From: a virus
Lineage: Duplodnaviria > Caudoviricetes
DNA: 64,000 bases
Virus record (IMG/VR): IMGVR_UViG_3300037067_026010
Location: 96,001-160,000 of that record
Strand: one strand, 5' to 3'
Shown piece after piece: positions 44,442 through 54,285 of this stretch; the first letter of the stretch is position 1, and every line of letters begins with the position of its first letter. Both the position numbers and the translations under genes were made by a program. Below the pieces are notes generated by a model that did not search any database, was not told the DNA's origin, and worked only from the letters and a program-made list of their open reading frames with translations.

Positions 44442-46439
44442 TTAGGCTGTTTCCTGGCGAGCGTCCTTGTCGCCTAGAGATATTACTCGCAAATGTCGTC
44501 CGTACCGCATTAAGTGCAGCATGTCGGCCGCTTGCTTCGGGTATTGCTGCTCCAGTAACTGGGATCCGGCGGCTTGCCGTGCTTGCTGCCGTTGGTCGTC
44601 CATAATGCTGCGCACCAGTGCCGCCAGTGCCGGCGCATCCTTCTTCAACCGAATCAGGAACGAATCCTTCTGCGATTCCGGCATGGACAGTGCCTGTGCA
44701 GCCAACGTTTGGGCCTTGCTCGTGAGTTCTTGCGGCGTCGTCGGTGCGGTCTCGCTATAATTCTGCGCCGCGAAGGCTTGCGCCGCTCCGGCCGGGCCTT
44801 GAGGCATGCCCATAGCCCCCATGGGGGCGCCGGCAGGTTGGCCAGCCCCTGGCATACCGCCGGGTATACCGCCTGGCATACCACCTGGCATGGCCGCGGC
44901 CGGCTGTGCCATTTGGTCGCCCTGTGCCGCTGCCTCCATCTCCTCCTGCTGCTTTTGTGCGGATTCGGCAGCGATGCGTTCTTCTTCCAGCTTGGTTCGC
45001 TCCTCGTCCAGGAAATCGAGCCCGACGCTGGTAAGACCGGTGCTTCTGGAAATCTGACCGCCCATCATCAACTGGAGTTTGGCCATCTGACGATTGAGGT
45101 CGTCGGCATGCGTAACGCGCACTAATCGGCAACTGACAGGTTCCCAGCTCATAATCTGCGATATACGGTCGACAAGTTGCCCAAGGAACCTATTCAGGTT
45201 ATGCACGAGGTGGCTCCAGTTCGCTTCGAAAAGTCGGAGCGCGGATGGTGCAGCCTGGGCCGACAAATTGCCCTTGTAAAGCTCTACGGGCACGTCACAA
45301 GCGTTTAATAGCATGTCCACGCCCAACTCCAGTAGATCTTTCGGCGCCAGCTGCGTCGCATCGCCACCCAGGGCCTTGTAATCGATCGGAAACGGCAGCA
45401 CGTTCCAGCGAGCAGGGTCGCGTCTGCGGGCCCGCAGCATGCCGTTTACCCGTGAGGTAAAGTTACCCATGTTCACGGACAGCACGGGATCGTTAATTTC
45501 ACCGCCTTGTCCCGGCCTCGGCATGGGTGTGAGGACACGGAACGGTATAACGTAGTCCAGGGCAATTGCCTCGTTGTAGCGATGCAATACCTGCACGTAC
45601 CACGCTTGCCGGAAATTCGTAAGGATACGCGAATATCCCCAACCACGGCTCCGAAGCCCGGCTGGCGGCTCCTCGCGCATGTGGTACACCACCTCTTTGT
45701 CGAATAGAAGATGCTGGTTCTGCCTTACCGCCTGTACGACGTCCCAGCTCGCGCGTTCGATATGATACAAATGCCCCTTCTTGAGCAATTGTCGATAGTC
45801 ATCCGGTATTTTCCAGATGTAGGCATTATCGTCCGTGTACGGATCATTGAGGATATCGATTTCGTGCGGTGACCATCTTTTGACTTTGATAGCGTTTTGC
45901 TCGCTGCTGCGCCGATCCACGTGCCGCCATATGCCTTGATAACCGCAGTTTAAACACCGGGCATTGAACTCGAAGTTCGACCAGGAAAAATGCATATGGG
46001 GATTGTTGAATATCCGTGACAAGGGCATCTCTACGCCGCAGTTTTTACAAGCCAAATGCCGCCTGAAGGGCAGTAGCACGCTGGTAAAAGAATTACCGTA
46101 GATCAGTAGGTCCAGGGCGACGATATGCAAAACGTTGCGAATGCCCAGTGTGTTGTCCAAGAAGTCTTTATACTTGTCGCGCTCCTCGCGGCCTACCTTG
46201 TCTACGCCGTTCGGCGCAGTAATTTCCACGTCAGTTAAAAAATAAGAGATGACGCGGCTCAGGGCAGCCCGGTACGGGCCCATCGCCATGGCGATATACT
46301 GGCACCATTGGAGGGCGTCCTGGTTGGTCTTCGGCATCGCGAGCGACGCCATATCCGCGAACGGACAAGGGAATAGCTCCGAATTACGTCCTGTAGTCCA
46401 AGCCGGGCTAATGCCCAGGGAATTGTCGGAGAGCGCCAA
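44442..46439 (-). CDS. Probable portal protein with Zn-ribbon insertion
   Basis: 665 aa, AGGAGG SD and TTG start; helical clip/stem pattern, VYHMR..P.G...WG, NEAIA.DY..P.RV, acidic/QPG-rich tail; CKNC/CLNC. Confidence 0.6.
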   Translation of the reverse strand: MALSDNSLGISPAWTTGRNSELFPCPFADMASLAMPKTNQDALQWCQYIAMAMGPYRAALSRVISYFLTDVEITAPNGVDKVGREERDKYKDFLDNTLGIRNVLHIVALDLLIYGNSFTSVLLPFRRHLACKNCGVEMPLSRIFNNPHMHFSWSNFEFNARCLNCGYQGIWRHVDRRSSEQNAIKVKRWSPHEIDILNDPYTDDNAYIWKIPDDYRQLLKKGHLYHIERASWDVVQAVRQNQHLLFDKEVVYHMREEPPAGLRSRGWGYSRILTNFRQAWYVQVLHRYNEAIALDYVIPFRVLTPMPRPGQGGEINDPVLSVNMGNFTSRVNGMLRARRRDPARWNVLPFPIDYKALGGDATQLAPKDLLELGVDMLLNACDVPVELYKGNLSAQAAPSALRLFEANWSHLVHNLNRFLGQLVDRISQIMSWEPVSCRLVRVTHADDLNRQMAKLQLMMGGQISRSTGLTSVGLDFLDEERTKLEEERIAAESAQKQQEEMEAAAQGDQMAQPAAAMPGGMPGGIPGGMPGAGQPAGAPMGAMGMPQGPAGAAQAFAAQNYSETAPTTPQELTSKAQTLAAQALSMPESQKDSFLIRLKKDAPALAALVRSIMDDQRQQARQAAGSQLLEQQYPKQAADMLHLMRYGRHLRVISLGDKDARQETA

Positions 46440-46459
46440 CGCGGATCCTCCTATGCCCG

Positions 46460-46477
46460 GTGGTAATTAAGCACCGC
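46460..46477. repeat. 18-bp repeat copy 8
   Basis: GTGGTAATTAAGCACCGC; supplies the stop of 46467-46640. Confidence 0.85.
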
Positions 46478-46640
46478 AGCGATTTTTCACAAGCTTTTGC
46501 TCCACGCCGTCCGCCAGCCGCTTTGTCGTATCGTCGTCGAGTGCACGTATCTGCTGCGTTTCTCCTGCAGCCTTTACGCCTGGCTCGATCTTGTGTTCCA
46601 CATCCGGAGTTTGCGGTGTTATGGCGCCGTTTTTTTCCAT
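46467..46640 (-). CDS. 57-aa protein upstream of portal (below ORF-track cutoff)
   Basis: MEKNGAITPQTP...VKNRCGA*; AAAGG SD. Confidence 0.55.
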   Translation of the reverse strand: MEKNGAITPQTPDVEHKIEPGVKAAGETQQIRALDDDTTKRLADGVEQKLVKNRCGA

Positions 46641-46659
46641 CGTCGCGGCCTTTTCGCAG

Positions 46660-47529
46660 TTAATCGCCGACCTCGGCAGTTACTTGCCTCTCGACAAGAA
46701 GTACACAGAATTCGTACTCCTTATAAATGTACTGGATTCCCGTCGTCTGCACTAGGTAGATTTCAGAACCCCCCTTAATATGCAAGGCCAGCTGCGGGAC
46801 TTTCTCACCCGTCTGGACTTCAGGAAAGTACCGGTTGGCGTTACGGCAGCGCGTATCGTAAACAAGCACCATGAAGCCTGGCGAAACAACAATATCGTGA
46901 TAATACGCTGTAAGCGTCCCGAAATGCTCTATCTCGAACAGGGCCTCGCACGTAGGTGCTTGTACCGGGTCACTCGCTACCAAATGCCCGTTGGCAGCTG
47001 CCGCGACTGGCGCCGTGGCGGCGTGCAGCGCTTGCAACGGGCTGACTACCCGGTTCCGAGGCGTTGGTTGCATCGGGGCTGTGGACACCGGCTTATTGGC
47101 CCCCTGGTCATCGAGCAAATGCATGGCAACCGCGTCATGAAAACGCTGAACCGCCATATCCCCGGATAGCGGCACGGCGGCATCGGCTGCCTGTACAGCT
47201 TTAAGCATGTGTTGTGCAGTGATATCCCCCAAGCGCAGTGTTTTACTCTGTCCGGGGATCGTCGGGTCGATCGTGACGGATAGATTGGCCACATCGTGGG
47301 GACGACTCCCAGCCGGCACTCCACCGGGCGTGGCGCGTGGTATCAATGTGCCTACAAGCCCGAAGGAACTAGGCGCCAGCCTCTGCGGCGTTGTACCGCT
47401 GCTTTCGTCGCGTACGCTCCGGTAGTTTACTGCTGCAGCGCCAGCCTGCGGTCCGACCTGTGCCGGCGGTGTGGCTGGTGCCGCCACGCCGTCATGAAGT
47501 AAATCCATGTGCAATGGTAATTGTGCCAT
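46660..47529 (-). CDS. Hypothetical protein
   Basis: C-terminal FG...AYYH.I.V....MVLVYDTR beta domain. Confidence 0.6.
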   Translation of the reverse strand: MAQLPLHMDLLHDGVAAPATPPAQVGPQAGAAAVNYRSVRDESSGTTPQRLAPSSFGLVGTLIPRATPGGVPAGSRPHDVANLSVTIDPTIPGQSKTLRLGDITAQHMLKAVQAADAAVPLSGDMAVQRFHDAVAMHLLDDQGANKPVSTAPMQPTPRNRVVSPLQALHAATAPVAAAANGHLVASDPVQAPTCEALFEIEHFGTLTAYYHDIVVSPGFMVLVYDTRCRNANRYFPEVQTGEKVPQLALHIKGGSEIYLVQTTGIQYIYKEYEFCVLLVERQVTAEVGD

Positions 47530-47675
47530 GTACTTTCCCTTTTTCCTAAAAAAAAAAATCGATTGCCGGCAAAACTCACACCAACATAGCACACCTAATT
47601 CCAAACGACAATCGAGAAGCACAAGGTGGATAAAAGCGGGACCCCCGGGCAACGGGGATCCCGCGTCACAATCCA

Positions 47676-47972
47676 TCAGGCGTCTACTGACTCCGGGAAC
47701 ACCTCTGCATATCGCGGGCACACGCCCGGCCTACGAAGTATATCCCGAGGCACGACAAAAAATAGAACGGCACACGGCCGACCCATCATGTCGTTGAGGT
47801 CCTCGCCCGTACCGAGAAGGTACCCCGCAGTTTGTCGATCTTCGTTTTCGTAAACGGCGACAACCGCGACATGCTGGGATTTTGGCCAATCGGGAAGCAG
47901 CGTAGGTGCCGCAAAGCGATTTAACCAACCCTCTGGTATTTCGTCATCGGGAGGGAAAATCTCCGTGATCAT
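47676..47972 (-). CDS. Hypothetical protein
   Basis: ATGA-coupled. Confidence 0.55.
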   Translation of the reverse strand: MITEIFPPDDEIPEGWLNRFAAPTLLPDWPKSQHVAVVAVYENEDRQTAGYLLGTGEDLNDMMGRPCAVLFFVVPRDILRRPGVCPRYAEVFPESVDA

Positions 47973-49270
47973 TTGCTGCTCCAGGTCTGGGTCGACCAAA
48001 AATCAACGGTGGCACCCGCTCGGCGGAATTGGAACGCCGAGGACAAATACGGCGCTGCGCAAAGTTGCACGCGTGCCAAGCCGGCTGCCCATAATCGCTG
48101 GGTGGGATTTCGGGCGGCTTTGACCAGGTCCTCGTCTTCGCAACATTCCGCGTATCTCGGCTCCAAGACGTTTCGCATAGCCTTCGCCAACAAAGCGTCC
48201 GGAAAAATATCGGGGTTTACCGGTCCGGTAAAGTGGATAGGCTGCCGTGGCCTGCCTAGAATATCCAAGATCTGGTCATCCGTCAAAATGTCGGACAACG
48301 AGGCACCGAGGGCCTCGCGCATACCTCGCACAAGCCTCTCCACGTCGCTCGCGTCCGTAACCTCGAGCAAATTCAGCTGCAAGGCCCTGGCAACGCTGTA
48401 GGCGGGATTAGGCAAGTCCGTCTCGCCGTGCACCGGGAAAGCCCGTCTTACCGGATTGTATATCTCAGCCCCGATCAGCCGCGATACGTTTTCGAAATTT
48501 CCGCAACTGCTATCGCTGCGGCTGCAGAATTTAGTAGAGATAAGCCATCGCCCGGTACGATTTGTCGGATCGCCACTTGCCGGGTCCTCCTCCGTACCCG
48601 CCTGATACGGCGCGGAAAAACAGTTGTGCCAAGCCTCTTCGATCACTGCGGGAGCCATGTCCGAAAGAAGCAGCTTGCGCCGGGCTTCATCGTACTCGGC
48701 ATAGTCCTCCGGGACTACCCGTCCGTTGTCCGTAAGCACTTTTTGCACGAACGCCGCAGAATACTCCGGCGGAGGCAGGTGGCCTTCGGCAAAGCCGAGC
48801 TCCACGTCCGGCAGATCTGCTTGGTGCAATGCCGGCAGGCAGTAGCCGCCGGATAACGCACGCATGCGGCACCGATCCATTTCCAGAAGCAGTTGCAACA
48901 GGCGCTGCCGACCTTCGCTGGCATAGGGGTCAAAACATCTACCTCGTGCTCCCGCGAACACCGGATAGCCCAAATCATAACAAAACCGGTTTTCCGCGTC
49001 GCCGCCCAGATATACCTGCGCGCCAGTTTGAGTAATCGCCGCACGATAACCGCGACACGGCACGGCGACACGTTCTCGATTTCTGCGATCTTCCGTTAAT
49101 ACGCTGGTCTGCACGATGTGGCAAGGCCCGCGCAGCGGAAGTCGCCACTTCCGCAAACAGGTGTTGGTATGGTCGCCGGGCGAAATACAGTACGCCACCA
49201 CACCGAACGGCTCACACTTTCGTGCGCGGGATAGGATCTGCTTCTTGTGCTTACGTACGAGCTGCGTCAT
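47969..49270 (-). CDS. Hypothetical protein
   Basis: AAGGAG SD, 433 aa. Confidence 0.65.
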   Translation of the reverse strand: MTQLVRKHKKQILSRARKCEPFGVVAYCISPGDHTNTCLRKWRLPLRGPCHIVQTSVLTEDRRNRERVAVPCRGYRAAITQTGAQVYLGGDAENRFCYDLGYPVFAGARGRCFDPYASEGRQRLLQLLLEMDRCRMRALSGGYCLPALHQADLPDVELGFAEGHLPPPEYSAAFVQKVLTDNGRVVPEDYAEYDEARRKLLLSDMAPAVIEEAWHNCFSAPYQAGTEEDPASGDPTNRTGRWLISTKFCSRSDSSCGNFENVSRLIGAEIYNPVRRAFPVHGETDLPNPAYSVARALQLNLLEVTDASDVERLVRGMREALGASLSDILTDDQILDILGRPRQPIHFTGPVNPDIFPDALLAKAMRNVLEPRYAECCEDEDLVKAARNPTQRLWAAGLARVQLCAAPYLSSAFQFRRAGATVDFWSTQTWSSK

Positions 49271-49399
49271 CTCAGACTCCTTCTGCGGTCGTTGCCGCCA
49301 TAAGTGTAACTCGGTTAGCTCCAATAGAAAAAGGAAGCTACCAGTAGCTTCCTTGCTAACAGAGTGATCACTTAGATATGCCCGGTTTGCATCGCGAAT

Positions 49400-50065
49400 T
49401 TAGCCGACGGGCATCACTGGAGTGTCCTCGTCTTCCACGGGCAATGGCAGCTCGATGGAATCCTCGTCGGCTGCCGCATCGACCGGCGGCGGCCGTACAA
49501 TAGTCGTGATCGGGCTCTCGCGGCCAACCCAGCCGTGCGCTTCCACTTCAACCTGGTCCGGCTGCGGCAATTGAAACAACGGCAACATTCCGAAAGGCGT
49601 CAAGAGGTGCCGCATCTCGCCCTTAGTAATCTGCAACCAATAGCCCATAAACGGAAATAGGGCTGTTTCCGTACCGACCAAGGCCGTAATTCGCTCGCAC
49701 AGCTGCTCGACGCGATCAAACACTTCCACGCTGGGCATCTCGTCCTCGGGAAGCCGCACCAGGTAAAATTTCTGGTCCTGCGCCATCCGTGACTGGAGTA
49801 ACTGGTGCAGCATGTATTGCGCTGGCGGCGCATGCCGAAACTTCTCGACCTCCGGTGCCAAGTCGGACTTGGCCTGGGCCACTTGTGCCAACACTTCGTT
49901 AAGCTGCCGGGTAGCTTCCACCACCTGGGCCGAGAGATCCTCGTAGCGGCCCGGTTGTGGCGGGCTGATCGGTTGCAGCAATGGCGCATCCTGCGCCTGG
50001 TTCGCTGCGGTTTCCGGCGTCTCCGGCGTCTGTCGCAACGGCATCGTTCGGTTTGTATTGCTCAT
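49400..50065 (-). CDS. Hypothetical protein
   Basis: GGAGG SD. Confidence 0.65.
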   Translation of the reverse strand: MSNTNRTMPLRQTPETPETAANQAQDAPLLQPISPPQPGRYEDLSAQVVEATRQLNEVLAQVAQAKSDLAPEVEKFRHAPPAQYMLHQLLQSRMAQDQKFYLVRLPEDEMPSVEVFDRVEQLCERITALVGTETALFPFMGYWLQITKGEMRHLLTPFGMLPLFQLPQPDQVEVEAHGWVGRESPITTIVRPPPVDAAADEDSIELPLPVEDEDTPVMPVG

Positions 50066-50315
50066 CGTCTACCTCCGCAGGCACATATAACACGGCCAAT
50101 CCAATTACGACGCATTTTACAGTCAGATCTTCGGTACACCAATGGGTATGCATCCCCAACTGTCCGGGATGCGTGATGGTTGCCGCTGTCTGCTGCAACC
50201 ACTCCGCCACCTGGACATCGATAGCCTTCTCTTCGGCAAGCACGCTCCAGGTTTCGGGAGTTTCCCGTTTGTAATGGATTTGCTGCAAAAATGTTTTTAT
50301 AAGCTGTCTTGTCAT
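49899..50315 (-). CDS. Hypothetical protein (3' overlap with next gene)
   Basis: In-line after 50318. Confidence 0.5.
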   Translation of the reverse strand: MTRQLIKTFLQQIHYKRETPETWSVLAEEKAIDVQVAEWLQQTAATITHPGQLGMHTHWCTEDLTVKCVVIGLAVLYVPAEVDDEQYKPNDAVATDAGDAGNRSEPGAGCAIAATDQPATTGPLRGSLGPGGGSYPAA

Positions 50316-50317
50316 AT

Positions 50318-50662
50318 TCAGGAGTCCTGTTCCTCGGCCAGCGAGCGACTTTTTGCTTCCTGCATGGCCTTTGCACGCTCCCGTCTCTGCTCGCGCCGAC
50401 GATTGTATTCTGCCGGCGGAAGATCGAAGTTATGCCGCACGCTGGCGAGCTTGTCCAGATCGCTTATTTCCAGCGCGCCGTTATGCACGCTGACCCGCAC
50501 CAAATAACGCCGCTGCATTCCGCCGTCGCCTGTTATGGTGATATACCCGGCACCGGCCAGCACTTGACGCGTCGGAACGCGCACGGTCCATTCGCACCCG
50601 TCCTCTGTGGCCTTTAAGCCCTCCATTTCCATGGAAAGCGGCGCTTGAAACGATATTTTCAT
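50318..50662 (-). CDS. Hypothetical protein
   Basis: ATGA-coupled. Confidence 0.6.
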   Translation of the reverse strand: MKISFQAPLSMEMEGLKATEDGCEWTVRVPTRQVLAGAGYITITGDGGMQRRYLVRVSVHNGALEISDLDKLASVRHNFDLPPAEYNRRREQRRERAKAMQEAKSRSLAEEQDS

Positions 50663-51336
50663 ACGATGTCCTTATTAGGGTAGATACGATCAGCTAGTGC
50701 TTGTGGGTCTGGGGGAGGTCCCAACACGGCCTCTGCCTCGCGCACGATGGCTTCATCCGGTTCCCGCAACGCCACGTGTGGCAGAGTACGCGGTGGATCC
50801 ACCGCAGGTGCCAGATATACCAGGTTACGATTTGTCGAAACTCCGAAAACTGTAATAGCTAAAATAGGCAGATCCCGTAACATCCGCAATTGCCCTAAGG
50901 CAGTCGAATCCACAATGCGTAATTCGTAATGAACGGCCCTCGCATAATGGTAACACTTCGTGTCGTACATGGCTACAGAGCCAAGATATCGCAGACACTC
51001 CGGCCAGCGCTCTCGACAAATGCCGTAAAGGCGGTAGTCCCAACGGATCGTTTCGCCGTCGAATGCTGTTTCGCCAAGACCTGTAAAAAATGGCGCGCCG
51101 GAGGAATCCACCGCGAAGGGCGCTGCTTCCGGCACAGATGCTGGAAGCAGCGCGTTAAACTCCCGCATCGGATCCCGGTCCAACCTGCCGTGTGTCACCA
51201 ACAGCGCCGGCGTGAAAAAGACACACTCCTCCGACATCTCGCCGAGGGTGTGAATTTTTGCCGGTTCCGGAGGCCTATCGTCAGCTTGGGCCAAGGCCGG
51301 GGCCACCACGAGCGGTTTGCCTTCGATCGGTTTCAT
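50659..51336 (-). CDS. Hypothetical protein
   Basis: In-line ORF. Confidence 0.6.
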   Translation of the reverse strand: MKPIEGKPLVVAPALAQADDRPPEPAKIHTLGEMSEECVFFTPALLVTHGRLDRDPMREFNALLPASVPEAAPFAVDSSGAPFFTGLGETAFDGETIRWDYRLYGICRERWPECLRYLGSVAMYDTKCYHYARAVHYELRIVDSTALGQLRMLRDLPILAITVFGVSTNRNLVYLAPAVDPPRTLPHVALREPDEAIVREAEAVLGPPPDPQALADRIYPNKDIV

Positions 51337-51343
51337 TAGTCAC

Positions 51344-52012
51344 CTACGCAGTTGCGGTCAGGCCTGCACGGAAGGCAAGCCCGTACGCAACCGTGGCCTG
51401 GCTACGTGCGTTAATTGTCAAATCATTCGGGCAGCTCACGCCCAGGAAATCACATAAACCGTAAATATCGATATCGCGATTACGGCATTCGCTGGGGACA
51501 ATCAGTTCAAAGGGGTCGCCCCACGGCGCCGGCGCCCATGTAGGATGCCGCCAAAGCCGCAGCCGGTTGCCCGGTCCAGCAAGTTGCTCGGTGATCTCGG
51601 CACGCACAGCATCCAGATGCATGATCTGCATCGTCGTACTGATATCGAGACCGTATAGGCTGATACCGAAATCATTCGCCGTCATTACCGGCGTCGGCAG
51701 TCCTTCGGGAAACACTGTAGCCAGCCAGTTTAATGTTCGCACCGAAACGGCGCCGGGGCTGTCGCCGGCTATGGCGACTGTCTCGAACGCGGGCTGTCCG
51801 GTCCGATCCAAGACACAGACACTGGTCAATGTGCCCGATACCGGGTAATTATGGCACTCCGCTTCCTGCTTCGCCCGCTTCTCCTGTTCCTCCTTCCTCA
51901 CCGAGTCCGGCAGCTTGCTGCGCGTCGCTACCGGGAGCATCAGAAACTGCCCCCAATCCGGCCGCCGCTGCCGTGTCGCCCCCAGGAAGTACTGCGCTCT
52001 CTGATTCGTCAT
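51344..52012 (-). CDS. Hypothetical protein
   Basis: GGAGGAG SD. Confidence 0.6.
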   Translation of the reverse strand: MTNQRAQYFLGATRQRRPDWGQFLMLPVATRSKLPDSVRKEEQEKRAKQEAECHNYPVSGTLTSVCVLDRTGQPAFETVAIAGDSPGAVSVRTLNWLATVFPEGLPTPVMTANDFGISLYGLDISTTMQIMHLDAVRAEITEQLAGPGNRLRLWRHPTWAPAPWGDPFELIVPSECRNRDIDIYGLCDFLGVSCPNDLTINARSQATVAYGLAFRAGLTATA

Positions 52013-52373
52013 CACGCTCCTCCGTTCGATTTGCATCGGTCTGTTGTTTGACTATTGCCAAAACCGGAATGACGTGGCTCAACAGAGCCTGCTGCAACTC
52101 CTCGATGGCGAACGGCCGCACAGCTTTCTGCTCGGCTGACGCGACGAATGTTCGCGCGACAAGCTGTGGATTATCCACCTCCCAGCCGTGCAACAGCTCG
52201 TTGTCCAACATCGTCCGATAAACCATGTAAAGCTGCCGTGCGGAAACCATTCCCGCTACGGCCGCTTGTAAAATTTTGCTCTGCTGCAAAAGCGTACGGG
52301 CGTCTTCCGCCGCGTGTTCCAGTTCCTCGCGCGTTGGTCCCGATCTGTTCGGCCCTGGTGCGGGTTTTGCCAT
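51849..52373 (-). CDS. Hypothetical protein (3' overlap with next gene)
   Basis: AAGGA SD. Confidence 0.5.
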   Translation of the reverse strand: MAKPAPGPNRSGPTREELEHAAEDARTLLQQSKILQAAVAGMVSARQLYMVYRTMLDNELLHGWEVDNPQLVARTFVASAEQKAVRPFAIEELQQALLSHVIPVLAIVKQQTDANRTEERDDESESAVLPGGDTAAAAGLGAVSDAPGSDAQQAAGLGEEGGTGEAGEAGSGVP

Positions 52374-52388
52374 GGCATCTGTCCTTTC

Positions 52389-52406
52389 TCGGTAATTAAG
52401 CACCGC
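52389..52406. repeat. 18-bp repeat copy 9
   Basis: TCGGTAATTAAGCACCGC; downstream of RuvC stop at 52445. Confidence 0.85.
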
Positions 52407-52444
52407 CTAATCTAAGCAATTCTGCCACGGCAGACAAGTGTTGT

Positions 52445-53170
52445 CTACGCTGTGGTATTCCCGGGCTGCGCCACGGCACCCTCCGAGTACAGCGTCACAG
52501 CGTAAGCGCAGAGCATCGCGGCATCCGCGATGTTATCCACGCCCGTCTGTTTGTAGGTTGCCGGATCCAGTTGAAAACCGAATGCAGCATTTGCCGCTGC
52601 GATCATGTCTTCTTTGCTGGCATTGCCGCGATGCGTGGCAAAAGACTTCAATTGGCTGCTGCTGATACCGTGGCACGGCACGCCCTGCTCCTCGCACCAG
52701 GTCGACACCGTAGCTTTAAGCGAGCCTAGAAACTCCGCGCCGCTCACCGCGCGCGACAGGATCATCGTCATGCTCTGCGTGCCTTTAGTCGGCAGGACGC
52801 TGCCGAAACGCGCGTCCTCGAGCATCACGAGATCGGGCTGCAATACCGCTAAGTATTGCCTGAGGCGCACGAGCCTTAACGGCCCGGAGTCGTAATCGCC
52901 GGAGCAACCGAGGTACCACTGTCCTGATGTAATCGTCGCCGCCGTCACGGGTTGACCCGGCACGATATCGCAAAAAGCAACGCCCGCGTGCGTCGCCAAA
53001 TCGAGACCTACGAAGCGCACGTGCGGGCGAATCACCCGCGGCAGCGTAAGCTCGTAAACTCGCGGATCCTTGGCAAGCGCCACTTTGCCTGTGGCCAGCT
53101 GTGTCACAAGCGCCGCCGCCAATTCCTCTATCGTAGCCTTCGGTTTAGCCGATTTTTTATCCGCTGCCAT
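52445..53170 (-). CDS. ruvC: RuvC-like Holliday junction resolvase
   Basis: VGLDL...G, V.LED, QLK.FAT..GNASKEDM, DNIADA. Confidence 0.82.
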   Translation of the reverse strand: MAADKKSAKPKATIEELAAALVTQLATGKVALAKDPRVYELTLPRVIRPHVRFVGLDLATHAGVAFCDIVPGQPVTAATITSGQWYLGCSGDYDSGPLRLVRLRQYLAVLQPDLVMLEDARFGSVLPTKGTQSMTMILSRAVSGAEFLGSLKATVSTWCEEQGVPCHGISSSQLKSFATHRGNASKEDMIAAANAAFGFQLDPATYKQTGVDNIADAAMLCAYAVTLYSEGAVAQPGNTTA

Positions 53171-53192
53171 ACTGCCTTGCACCTTGTCCGAT

Positions 53193-53429
53193 TTAATCCT
53201 TGTCGAAATCGACGGCTACTTCCACCTTTACCGGTTCGCCGTTCTGAAATTGCACCAGCTTTGTGCAGATTGCCGGCGTGCCGATATCACGGTGCCACAA
53301 CACCAGTATGTCGTCCGGCGGCTGATCGCCGAGCGTATTTGCAAAATCCAACGCAGCTTGCCGGTCGGCAAACAATTTGATCGGCAAATCGTCCATGAGG
53401 AACGTTTGCACTACTAAATATCCGTCCAT
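53193..53429 (-). CDS. 78-aa hypothetical protein; paralogue of 19906-20142
   Basis: MDGYLVV...DDLPI.LF..R.AA...VQFQNG. Confidence 0.65.
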   Translation of the reverse strand: MDGYLVVQTFLMDDLPIKLFADRQAALDFANTLGDQPPDDILVLWHRDIGTPAICTKLVQFQNGEPVKVEVAVDFDKD

Positions 53430-53436
53430 TTTCTCC

Positions 53437-54285
53437 TCAATCCTTTCCTGCGGCAGACAATGCCGAGATAAGCTGTCTATAGGTCTCAAGCAAATGCGAT
53501 GTACACACACAGTCGAACGCGGCCTGATGTGCGTGGGCCATATCCAGATGGTAACGCTCCGCTAAAGCATACTTCTGCGTGCAGTGCCGATCAAGTGACC
53601 AAGTCACACCGCGTATGCGCTGGGCGTTTATTCTGGCAAACCAGTCGTCCAGCGTTTCCGCCGCATACGGCGGATAATTCAACCCGGCCGCCTTCTCCAT
53701 GAGGCCGGTGTCCAGTACGGAGTTCGGACGCCACGGCAAACGGTAGCCGTCCATAAAGCGATCCATGTAACCGTTAAGCATCGCACGGTCAAACCTCCAA
53801 AGGTTATGGCCGACGATGCACACGCCGTTTTCTATGCAATTAAATAATCGATGCACGAGTTCCCCCAAGCCCTGCCAGGCCGCTACGCCCTCTTGGCAGA
53901 GCATGTCCCACGTAAAGCGATAATCCTTGCCCTGGCTCACCATGCCGTTTCGCGCCTTCTCCAGGCGCCGGCAGAAATCCTCCTTGCTTACGGGCATAGC
54001 CGACCAGTCCAGCAATTGATAACCGGAATCGGTAATCCGGCGCTGCCGTATCTCGGCCCAGCCGATTTCCACGATATAATCGCTATTCGGGTCGAATCCC
54101 GTCGTTTCAAAATCGACGACGAGATAGTCTTCCGGCAGCACCTGACGGCTGGCGAAGCCTCGCAGCATTTCAGAGGTGCCGCAGAACCACTCCGGCATCG
54201 GACGCTCCGCGTCATAACGCTGCCACGCCGATGCCAGGGCGTCGGCTAGGGTCACGGATCCCGATTCAACAACCGCTTCCACCAT
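53437..54285 (-). CDS. DEDDh 3'-5' exonuclease (DnaQ-like)
   Basis: VVDFETTG..IVEIG, VGHN..RFD, LDT, AHQA.FD. Confidence 0.88.
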   Translation of the reverse strand: MVEAVVESGSVTLADALASAWQRYDAERPMPEWFCGTSEMLRGFASRQVLPEDYLVVDFETTGFDPNSDYIVEIGWAEIRQRRITDSGYQLLDWSAMPVSKEDFCRRLEKARNGMVSQGKDYRFTWDMLCQEGVAAWQGLGELVHRLFNCIENGVCIVGHNLWRFDRAMLNGYMDRFMDGYRLPWRPNSVLDTGLMEKAAGLNYPPYAAETLDDWFARINAQRIRGVTWSLDRHCTQKYALAERYHLDMAHAHQAAFDCVCTSHLLETYRQLISALSAAGKD

